Position numbers and translations under genes: made by a program. Shown here one piece after another: positions 1-9,086 of a DNA stretch of 64,000 nucleotides. Position 1 is the stretch's first letter; every line of letters starts with the position of its first letter. Source of the DNA: Rebecca billardiae RCC1528 (Eukaryota > Protista > Haptophyta). The stretch covers positions 1,054,001-1,118,000 of the forward strand of contig OZ251236.1 of NCBI GenBank assembly GCA_965240325.2, written 5' to 3'. The notes below the pieces were generated by a model. The model did not search any database, had not been told where the DNA came from, and saw only the letters and a list, made by a program, of their open reading frames with translations.

Positions 1-1292
1 TTGGCCACGTCCGACTCGTCGCAGAAGTAGTGCGCGCTCACGCGCAGCAGCGGCGGCAGCTGGCGGCGCGCGGCGTCGAGCGGCGTGCTCGACGGGTAGC
101 TCACAGAGAGGGACACACCCGCTGCCTGCGCGGCCGCGTGAACGGCCGGGGCGCCGCCGATGCCGTCGACGTCGAGCGCGACGATGCCCGAGCGCCCGCA
201 TCCGCCCGGCCCGTCCGCTGGCAGGTCCGCCACGCGCACCCCGCGCACGCCCACCGCCTCGCGCCGGATCTGCTCCGCGAGGCCGCGCACCCGCTCGGCA
301 ATCGGCTCGAGCCCGAGGCCGAGGGCGTAGTCGACGGCGGCGCCGAGACCGAGCTGCGCGGCGACGCTCGACTCCCAGAACTGGTAGCGCCGCGCGTCGG
401 GGCGCATCTGGTACGCGTCGGGGCCCTGCCACGTCGCCGAGTACATGTCGAGCATCGGCGGCTCGTCGAGCACCTCGGGCGCGCTCCCCTGCAGCAGCGC
501 GCCGCGACAGTAGAGCACACCCACGCCGCGCGGGCCGCGGAGCCACTTGCGCGAGGTGGTCGCGGCAAAGTCGGCGTTGGCGGCGCGCACGTCGACGGGG
601 AGCTGGCCGACGGACTGGCACGCGTCGAGCAGGTACAGCGGACCGCCCTCCTCCGGCGCGCCGCCCACCTCGCGCACCAGCCTGCCCACCGCGACCGCGT
701 CGTACACAGCGCCGCCGTTGGTGGGCACGTGTGTCAAGCACACGGCCTTGGCCGTGCGGCCGGCGCGCTCGAGCTCGCGGCCGAGGGCGTCGAGGTCGCA
801 CCCGCCGCTCGGCGCCGCCGCGACGAACCTGACACGCGCGCCGTGCCGCCGCGCGTGCTGCACCAGCCCGATCGCATTCGCCGCGTACTCGGCGTCGCCT
901 GCCGAGATGAGCACATCCCCGGGCGCAAGCCGGACCGAGTAGATCGCGCGCGCGAGCGCGGTGGTGGACGAGTCGAGGAGGGCGATCTCGGCGGACGACG
1001 CGGCGTTGAACAGCGTGGCACATGACTCGAACACTCGCTCGTGCTCGTCCTTCACCGCCGCCGCCGCGGCGTACCCGCCGATCTCGGCCTCGAGATTCAG
1101 GTGCTGCACCATGCGCTCCAGCACGGGCGCGGGCGGAGGCGACGCGCCGGCGGCGTTGAGGTGCGCGTGGCGGGCGCACGAGGGGGTGGCCGCGCGGACA
1201 GCCTGCACGTCGATGCACAGTGCTCTGCGGTGCGGCAGGAATGGCAGCGAGGCGGCGAGGAGGCGAACGGCGCGATGGGCCGCCGCCGCCAT
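1..1292 (-). CDS. PLP-dependent class V aminotransferase (cysteine desulfurase / EgtE-like C-S lyase); 3' end runs off the window
   Basis: Not in the ORF track because there is no stop inside the window. My translation from ATG 1292 gives HLNAAGASPP, HLNLEAEIGGY, LTHVPTNGG, LLDACQSVGQLPVDV, TSRKWLRGPRGVGVLY (PLP lysine) and LRVSAHYF. The N-terminus is Ala/Arg/Leu-rich, like a targeting peptide. Confidence 0.9.
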   Translation of the reverse strand, partial: MAAAAHRAVRLLAASLPFLPHRRALCIDVQAVRAATPSCARHAHLNAAGASPPPAPVLERMVQHLNLEAEIGGYAAAAAVKDEHERVFESCATLFNAASSAEIALLDSSTTALARAIYSVRLAPGDVLISAGDAEYAANAIGLVQHARRHGARVRFVAAAPSGGCDLDALGRELERAGRTAKAVCLTHVPTNGGAVYDAVAVGRLVREVGGAPEEGGPLYLLDACQSVGQLPVDVRAANADFAATTSRKWLRGPRGVGVLYCRGALLQGSAPEVLDEPPMLDMYSATWQGPDAYQMRPDARRYQFWESSVAAQLGLGAAVDYALGLGLEPIAERVRGLAEQIRREAVGVRGVRVADLPADGPGGCGRSGIVALDVDGIGGAPAVHAAAQAAGVSLSVSYPSSTPLDAARRQLPPLLRVSAHYFCDESDVA

Positions 1293-1567
1293 GATGAATG
1301 AAGCCCGAGCTTGCCAGTGCGGCGACTCTGACAGAATTGTATGATGGCTTGAATGGTACCTGAATAAGAATGTACGACAGCTGCTAGTACAGTACAGTAA
1401 GTACAGTCGTAAACCTCGTCCGCTCTGTGAGTCTGACTCTGCGGCAGGCCACTCTCTTCGACGACGACGTGCGCTGCCGTCGTCCACGAAGACTGCACGT
1501 GCCGCTGCGGCGTTTGACCGCCAGTAATACAGCTGTTCACGGTCAGGTCAGCTTGGATATCCGAATC

Positions 1568-2971
1568 TCAGCACGAGCGCGCCCGCTTCTCGGCTGGCCG
1601 CCCGTCGACCGCCGCGACAGCACTCGCCGGCGCCGCGGCGTCGTGTAGCACAGCGTCCCGGGCCGATTCGGCCGCATCGCACGGCCGCGCGCCATCCGCT
1701 GCGCCGCCATTGCGCACGTGGGCTTCACACGCGCCTCGGGCGCAGCCGCACGATGGGCTGGCTGGCACCGTCCCGGCCGCGGGCAGCGCTCTGGCCTCAG
1801 ACGCGCCGGGCGCGCCGCAGCCGTCAGCGCCCGCCTCAGCCTGCTCGTCGTCGACGACGACGACGATGCGCGCGCGGGGGAGCACGCGCGGAAGCTGCTC
1901 CCCGATCACGGCCGCGCACGAGTCGCAGAGCGGCTTCTTCGACCACAGCGTCACCGTCCCATCGTACCCGTCGCACACGCCCTCGGCCGAGCCGCCCGCG
2001 CGCCCCTGCGCGCCGCCGCCCGCGCGCACGCCGAGCACACGCGCGCACAGCGCAGACACCAGCTTGAACTCGGCGTCGTGGCCGCGCCAGTACACGTCGC
2101 CGTGGGGATCGGCGCACGAGATGGGCTCGAAGAGCTCCGATTCCGCAGCCTCGAGCCGGAGGCCGGGCGCGTTCGCGCCACTCACCGCGTAAGCCGACCA
2201 CACGGTGCCAGTCTCGGATCTGAGTGAGCCGCGCTGCGCGCCGGCCGCGGCGCGCGCGCGCGGGCAGCCGTCCGCTCGCAGGATGGCGACGTTCCGCTTG
2301 ACGTCGGTGAAGTGCTGCGTGCCCGCGAACGAGCGGCCGAACGAGTGCACCGACGGGTCGCTCAGGCGGTAGAAGTCGAGCAGCTGCTCGTACCCTCGCC
2401 GCTCCGGCGGCGGCATCAGCTCGTCCAGCCGGGCGAGCGCGGGCTCGGAAAGGGGCCGCACCGCGCACGCGGCGCGGTAGCTCTCGAGTCGGCGGTTGGT
2501 GAGCTTGAGCCGCGCGCGCACGTCCTCGTCGAGCCCGAGCAGCTCCTTCTGCGCCGCGTGCACGCGGCCCAGCTCGCGCCCGGCGGCGCGCACGTCGTCC
2601 ATCGCACCCGCGGCCTTTGCCGCAGTCAGCAGCTCGTGCGTGGCCGGCTTGAGCGCGCCGAGGCGCTGCACGAGCTCGTCGCGCTCGTGCGCGAGGGCCT
2701 CCTCCTCGGCGGACTTGGTCGAGCCTAGCGCGATGTCCGTCACGGCCGGAGGCTCGGGGGAGAAGAGGTGCGCATCCGCTCGGCCGTAGCGCTCGACGGC
2801 GATCTGCGAGGCCGCGGCGCGGAAGTCCTCGTCACGCTGCGCGCACACGGCGCGCATGCGCTCCAAGCGCGCGGCCCACTCGCTCGTCAGCGGTTGCAGC
2901 CGCGCCCTGAGCGCATCTGCATCCCGTTCGATGGCCTCCCGGGCCGCGCTGAGCTCGTCGAGAGTGGCCAT
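1568..2971 (-). CDS. Helical/coiled-coil N-terminus plus a toxin-type (BURPS668_1122-like) nucleic-acid deaminase domain
   Basis: C-terminal half of ORF 1568..4297, from MATLDEL (ATG 2971). Motifs RNVAIL, YAVSG, RGHDAEFKL (2063-2086) and GTVTLWSKKPLCDSCAAVI (CxxC at 1916-1927). Confidence 0.7.
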   Translation of the reverse strand: MATLDELSAAREAIERDADALRARLQPLTSEWAARLERMRAVCAQRDEDFRAAASQIAVERYGRADAHLFSPEPPAVTDIALGSTKSAEEEALAHERDELVQRLGALKPATHELLTAAKAAGAMDDVRAAGRELGRVHAAQKELLGLDEDVRARLKLTNRRLESYRAACAVRPLSEPALARLDELMPPPERRGYEQLLDFYRLSDPSVHSFGRSFAGTQHFTDVKRNVAILRADGCPRARAAAGAQRGSLRSETGTVWSAYAVSGANAPGLRLEAAESELFEPISCADPHGDVYWRGHDAEFKLVSALCARVLGVRAGGGAQGRAGGSAEGVCDGYDGTVTLWSKKPLCDSCAAVIGEQLPRVLPRARIVVVVDDEQAEAGADGCGAPGASEARALPAAGTVPASPSCGCARGACEAHVRNGGAADGARPCDAAESARDAVLHDAAAPASAVAAVDGRPAEKRARSC

Positions 2972-3094
2972 CCTCGTCTTGTCAGCGCGAGCCCACGCCG
3001 ACGGCCGCCATGGATGATCTGATCTCTGCACGGAGTGCCGAGTTGGCGGAGTTGCATTGCGCATTTGCCCGGATGCGTTGTCGAGACGTGCACG

Positions 3095-4429
3095 ATGGCC
3101 GTCGCCGGCCGGCGGCCACTCGTGGCGGCCATCCTCTCCGCCGCCCTGGTGCGCTCGACGCAGATGGAGGACGACATTGGCGCGTACACGCGCCAATGTG
3201 CCGTCAAGGCCAGGCGATTCCGGCCGGCCCTCGAGCAAGAGCTGTGCCTCGAGGCTGGCGCGAGCTGCGCGTTCCTCGAGCGCGCTCGATTCGACGCGGT
3301 CAAAGCGCGCATCGCAGGGGTGGACGCGGCGACCGTCGGGCTCCTGCTCTCGGACCAGTTCCGCCCGTCTGACTCGCGCGTGCTCCTCGTGGCGGGCGCG
3401 CGCCAGGACGGCTTTTGGGCGATGGTCAACTCGGTGATGCACGCAGCCCTGCTCGCGCGGCTGCTCGGGCACGACTACGCCGTGTGGCGCAACCACTCGG
3501 AGGACGGGATGTGCGAGGCCGAGCCTTCGCGCATGCCGGACTGCTGGTCGGCGCTCTTCGCGCCGCCCGCGCACCGCACCCCCGCGGCCCTCGCGATGGA
3601 GGCCGCGCTGCGCGCGCGCCGGCCGCTGCCCGCCCGGAGCGCGCTCGGCCTGCCGTGCCTCGTCCGGCGGGACCTGTGGTACGCGCACGGCACGCGCGTC
3701 TACCCGGACACGATGGCCAAGGCGGCGGAGCGCGTGCGGCGCGCGGCGCTCGTGCGCGCCGTCGCGCGCCCTCGTGACTCCGTCCTCCGCTTCGTCGACG
3801 CGTGGTGGGACGCGCACGTGCCGCGCGGCCGCGGCGGCGCGCGGCCGCGCGTGCTCGGCGTCCACCTGCGCGGCACGGACAAGCACAAGCGCGCCATCGT
3901 GCGCGCGCACTGCTACTACGGGCTGATCGACGCGTACATCGCGCACCACGGGGCGGAGGTGCGCGTACTCGTCGCGAGCGACGACGCCGGCCTCGAGGCG
4001 GACGTGCTGCGGCGGTACGGCAGCGGGCGGGTGCTGCGGCAGAGCACCAGCCTGGTGCGGGGCAACCGCTCCGAGCCAGTGTGGCGGGCGGGCGGGCGGC
4101 GGTACCAGCGCTCGTTCGAGGCCATGGTGGACACGCTGCTGCTCGCGCGCACGGACTTCCTGCTCAAGACGGCGTCGGCTGTCCCTGAATTTGCGCTCTA
4201 CTACCGGCCGGAGCTGCCGTCCTACGACCTGCAGATCAAGGACATCCCGCTCCCGCCGTGGGCGCGCGCGCGCCATCATCATCAGTCGTCGTCGCACGCA
4301 TCAGCGACGGGCCGAGATGACGAGCCGCGGGCGGTCGCCCCGGGGCTGCGAGGCTGCCCGGCGACGAGCATCGCTTACGATCGTCTTGCACCGCCGCCGC
4401 TGCCAGTGGCTGGACGACGTTTGTCATAG
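3095..4429 (+). CDS. NodZ/GT23-like fucosyltransferase (GT-B fold), secretory pathway
   Basis: Hydrophobic N-terminus. GDP-fucose-binding-type motifs LGVHLRGTDK, VLVASDD and EAMVDTLLLARTDFLLKTASAV. Confidence 0.75.
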   Translation: MAVAGRRPLVAAILSAALVRSTQMEDDIGAYTRQCAVKARRFRPALEQELCLEAGASCAFLERARFDAVKARIAGVDAATVGLLLSDQFRPSDSRVLLVAGARQDGFWAMVNSVMHAALLARLLGHDYAVWRNHSEDGMCEAEPSRMPDCWSALFAPPAHRTPAALAMEAALRARRPLPARSALGLPCLVRRDLWYAHGTRVYPDTMAKAAERVRRAALVRAVARPRDSVLRFVDAWWDAHVPRGRGGARPRVLGVHLRGTDKHKRAIVRAHCYYGLIDAYIAHHGAEVRVLVASDDAGLEADVLRRYGSGRVLRQSTSLVRGNRSEPVWRAGGRRYQRSFEAMVDTLLLARTDFLLKTASAVPEFALYYRPELPSYDLQIKDIPLPPWARARHHHQSSSHASATGRDDEPRAVAPGLRGCPATSIAYDRLAPPPLPVAGRRLS

Positions 4430-4497
4430 CCGGACGAGCTAGCGCCCTATTATCGATGATGCGGATTCGGGATTATCGTCTGTCTATATATATATAT

Positions 4498-7400
4498 CAC
4501 TCCGCCATGCCCGGCTCGTACAAGGCGTCGGGTACGAATGGACTCTGGAGCTGGATGGTCGCGGCGCGCGGCGTCGTGGAGTAGACAGACCACAATGATC
4601 AATCATGGAACGATCAGGTTAGCTATGTTGGGATTTGAGCAACGAACGACAGCGGGCGCTGGCAGCGGCGTGGCGGTTGAGCTGCTGCCCGAGGTCGAGA
4701 GGGCGCCCGCGAGTCGTCAGTCACTGAGCAAGGTCGATTAAGGCTGATGGCTCGCTGACACTGCAGTGCTTCCATATCCGCCAGAGGCCGAGGGTGGGCG
4801 GGCGGGCAAACGATGAAGCGTGCGGGTTGACGCGACAGCGGCGAGAGCAAGAGACCATTGCCTGAGGGGCGACGCGGCGAAGACAGATGATGACGTCGCG
4901 CCGCCGAACGATCAGGCGGGGAGCCGGGCCACACAGACAGCCAGCGACCTTACCGAGCAGAGGGGCTGCGGCGACTGCGGTGCACCTCCTGCAGCGGAGC
5001 GTGCACCCGGCAGTGCCCGATGCAGGCGATTCCCTTGCCCAGCTCGGCGCCTTCGTCGTGAGCAGCCCCATGGCGCCCCCGAGAGTGAAGCCTGATCGAT
5101 CCGATGTGAGCGGTAACCAACCGAGTCCTGCAGGTGCGCCGCTGTGGGCCAGATTGGCAGCGCACCAGGACTCCGCCTGCGCGCGGCGGTGCGCACAGGA
5201 CAACGCAGGAATGCCGTGCGAGCCGGATTCTTGGCGTCGCTCATAGACACTCAGTTATAGGTTCCCTATAACGCCACGTCTAGCCACTCCGCCATGCCCG
5301 GCTCGTACAAGGCGTCGGGTACGAATGGACTCTGGAGCTGGATGGTCGCGGCGCGCGGCGTCGTGGAGTAGACAGACCACAATGATCAATCATGGAACGA
5401 TCAGGTTAGCTATGTTGGGATTTGAGCAACGAACGACAGCGGGCGCTGGCAGCGGCGTGGCGGTTGAGCTGCTGCCCGAGGTCGAGAGGGCGCCCGCGAG
5501 TCCCGTTTATAAGTTGGAGCGGGCGTCCAAGTAGTCGTTGATGAATCCCGTTTAGAAATAGAAGAGACGAGGACTGCGCGGCCGCGCGCGCACGATCGAT
5601 CGCGACGCGCGGCGAGCAGACACGCGTCAGAGTGCGCCGCACCCGCGCGACGCACGGGCGCGAGGCGAGCGCGTATCTCAAACGATGAAGCGTGCGGGTT
5701 GACGCGACAGCGGCGAGAGCAAGAGACCATTGCCTGAGGGGCGACGCGGCGAAGACAGATGATGACGTCGCGCCGCCGAACGATCAGGCGGGGAGCCGGG
5801 CCACACAGACAGCCAGCGACCTTACCGAGCAGAGGGGCTGCGGCGACTGCGGTGCACCTCCTGCAGCGGAGCGTGCACCCGGCAGTGCCCGATGCAGGCG
5901 ATTCCCTTGCCCAGCTCGGCGCCTTCGTCGTGAGCAGCCCCATGGCGCCCCCGAGAGTGAAGCCTGATCGATCCGATGTGAGCGGTAACCAACCGAGTCC
6001 TGCAGGTGCGCCGCTGTGGGCCAGATTGGCAGCGCACCAGGACTCCGCCTGCGCGCGGCGGTGCGCACAGGACAACGCAGGAATGCCGTGCGAGCCGGAT
6101 TCTTGGCGTCGCTCATAGACACTCAGTTATAGGTTCCCTATAACGCCACGTCTAGCCACTCCGCCATGCCCGGCTCGTACAAGGCGTCGGGTACGAATGG
6201 ACTCTGGAGCTGGATGGTCGCGGCGCGCGGCGTCGTGGAGTAGACAGACCACAATGATCAATCATGGAACGAGCAGGTTAGCTATGTTGGGATTTGAGCA
6301 ACGAACGACAGCGGGCGCTGGCAGCGGCGTGGCGGTTGAGCTGCTGCCCGAGGTCGAGAGGGCGCCCGCGAGTCCCGTTTATAAGTTGGAGCGGGCGTCC
6401 AAGTAGTCGTTGATGAATCCCGTTTAGAAATAGAAGAGACGAGGACTGCGCGGCCGCGCGCGCACGATCGATCGCGACGCGCGGCGAGCAGACACGCGTC
6501 AGAGTGCGCCGCACCCGCGCGACGCACGGGCGCGAGGCGAGCGCGTATCTCAAACGATGAAGCGTGCGGGTTGACGCGACAGCGGCGAGAGCAAGAGACC
6601 ATTGCATGAGGGGCGACGCGGCGAAGACAGATGATGACGTCGCGCCGCCGAGCGATCAGGCGGGGAGCCGGGCCACACAGACAGCCAGCGACCTTACCGA
6701 GCAGAGGGGCTGCGGCGACTGCGGTGCACCTCCTGCAGCGGAGCGTGCACCCGGCAGTGCCCGATGCAGGCGATTCCCTTGCCCAGCTCGGCGCCTTCGT
6801 CGTGAGCAGCCCCATGGCGCCCCCGAGAGTGAAGCCTGATCGATCCGATGTGAGCGGTAACCAACCGAGTCCTGCAGGTGCGCCGCTGTGGGCCAGATTG
6901 GCAGCGCACCAGGACTCCGCCTGCGCGCGGCGGTGCGCACAGGACAACGCAGGAATGCCGTGCGAGCCGGATTCTTGGCGTCGCTCATAGACACTCAGTT
7001 ATAGGTTCCCTATAACGCCACATATATATATATATATATACATATATATGTCTAGCCACTCCGCCATGCCCGGCTCGTACAAGGCGTCGGGTACGAATGG
7101 ACTCTGGAGCTGGATGGTCGCGGCGCGCGGCGTCGTGGAGTAGACAGACCACAATGATCAATCATGGAACGATCAGGTTAGCTATGTTGGGATTTGAGCA
7201 ACGAACGACAGCGGGCGCTGGCAGCGGCGTGGCGGTTGAGCTGCTGCCCGAGGTCGAGAGGGCGCCCGCGAGTCGTCAGTCACTGAGCAAGGTCGATTAA
7301 GGCTGATGGCTCGCTGACACTGCAGTGCTTCCATATCCGCCAGAGGCCGAGGGTGGGCGGGCGGGCAAACGTGAAACGATGAAGCGTGCGGGTTGACGCG

Positions 7401-9080
7401 ACAGCGGCGAGAGCAAGAGACCATATTGCATGAGGGGCGACGCGGCGAAGACAGTAGATGATGTCGTCGCGCCGCCGAGCGATCAGGCGGGGAGCCGGGC
7501 CACACAGACAGCCAGCGACCTTACCGAGCAGAGGGGCTGCGGCGACTGCGGTGCACCTCCTGCAGCGGAGAGTGCACCCGGCAGTGCTCGATGCAGGCGA
7601 TTCCCTTGCCCAGCTCGGCGCCTTCGTCGTGAGCAGCCCCATGGCGCCCCCGAGAGCAAAGCCTGATCGATCCGATGTGAGCGGTAACCAACCGAGTCCT
7701 GCAGGTGCGCCGCTGTGGGCCAGATTGGCAGCGCACCAGTAGGACTCCTGCGCGCGGCGGTGCGCACAGGACAACGCAGGAATGCCGTGCGAGCCGGATT
7801 CTTGGCGTCGCTCATAGACACTCAGTTATAGGTTCCCTATAACGCCACGTCTAGCCACTCCGCCATGCCCGGCTCGTACAAGGCGTCGGGTTACGGGTAC
7901 GAATGGACTCTGGAGCTGGATGGTCGCGGCGCGCGGCGTCGTGGAGTAGACAGACCACAATGATCAATCATGGAACGATCAGGTTAGCTATGTTGGGATT
8001 TGAGCAACGAACGACAGCGGGCGCTGGCAGCGGCGTGGCGGTTGAGCTGCTGCCCGAGGTCGAGAGGGCGCCCGCGAGTCCCGTTTATAAGTTGGAGCGG
8101 GCGTCCAAGTAGTCGTTGATGAATCCCGTTTAGAAATAGAAGAGACGAGGACTGCGCGGCCGCGCGCGCACGATCGATCGCGACGCGCGGCGAGCAGACG
8201 TACGCGTCAGAGTGCGCCGCACCCGCGCGACGCACGGGCGCGAGGCGAGCGCGTATCTGAAACGATGAAGCGTGCGGGTTGACGAAACGATGAAGCGTGC
8301 GGGTTGACGCGACAGCGGCGAGAGCAAGAGACCATATATTGCATGAGGGGCGACGCGGCGAAGACAGTAGATGATGTCGTCGCGCCGCCGAGCGATCAGG
8401 CGGGGAGCCGGGCCACACAGACAGCCAGCGACCTTACCGAGCAGAGGGGCTGCGGCGACTGCGGTGCACCTCCTGCAGCGGAGAGTGCACCCGGCAGTGC
8501 TCGATGCAGGCGATTCCCTTGCCCAGCTCGGCGCCTTCGTCGTGAGCAGCCCCATGGCGCCCCCGAGAGCAAAGCCTGATCGATCCGATGTGAGCGGTCA
8601 ACGTGAAACGATGAAGCGTGCGGGTTGACGCGACAGCGGCGAGAGCAAGAGACCATATTGCATGAGGGGCGACGCGGCGAAGACAGTAGATGATGTCGTC
8701 GCGCCGCCGAGCGATCAGGCGGGGAGCCGGGCCACACAGACAGCCAGCGACCTTACCGAGCAGAGGGGCTGCGGCGACTGCGGTGCACCTCCTGCAGCGG
8801 AGAGTGCACCCGGCAGTGCTCGATGCAGGCGATTCCCTTGCCCAGCTCGGCGCCTTCGTCGTGAGCAGCCCCATGGCGCCCCCGAGAGCAAAGCCTGATC
8901 GATCCGATGTGAGCGGTAACCAACCGAGTCCTGCAGGTGCGCCGCTGTGGGCCAGATTGGCAGCGCACCAGTAGGACTCCTGCGCGCGGCGGTGCGCACA
9001 GGACAACGCAGGAATGCCGTGCGAGCCGGATTCTTGGCGTCGCTCATAGACACTCAGTTATAGGTTCCCTATAACGCCAC
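4498..9080. repeat. Head-to-tail array of a ~0.8-0.9 kb hairpin-ended element (putative non-autonomous mobile element)
   Basis: Near-identical units at 4498-5277, 5278-6149, 6150-7021 and 7050-7848, then 7849-9080 (a truncated unit fused at ~8599 to a 5'-truncated unit). Complete units begin GTCTAGCCACTCC and end GTTATAGG-TTC-CCTATAAC-GCCAC. (TA)n lies at 4484-4497, 7022-7049 and 9081-9086. Confidence 0.95.
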
Positions 9081-9086
9081 ATATAT

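Noticed and set aside
30-1025. 331-aa + strand ORF
   Set aside because: Antisense shadow of the minus-strand aminotransferase; high GC suppresses stop codons.
2972-4297. N-terminal 442 aa of the 909-aa ORF 1568..4297
   Set aside because: Mostly antisense to the fucosyltransferase; protein-like sequence begins at MATLDEL (2971).
4538-9053. Recurrent small ORFs in the tandem array, and the array as CRISPR or rDNA
   Set aside because: The ORFs have no recognisable domain and are broken by indels between copies. There is no short repeat with unique spacers, no cas genes and no rRNA motif that I can recognise.
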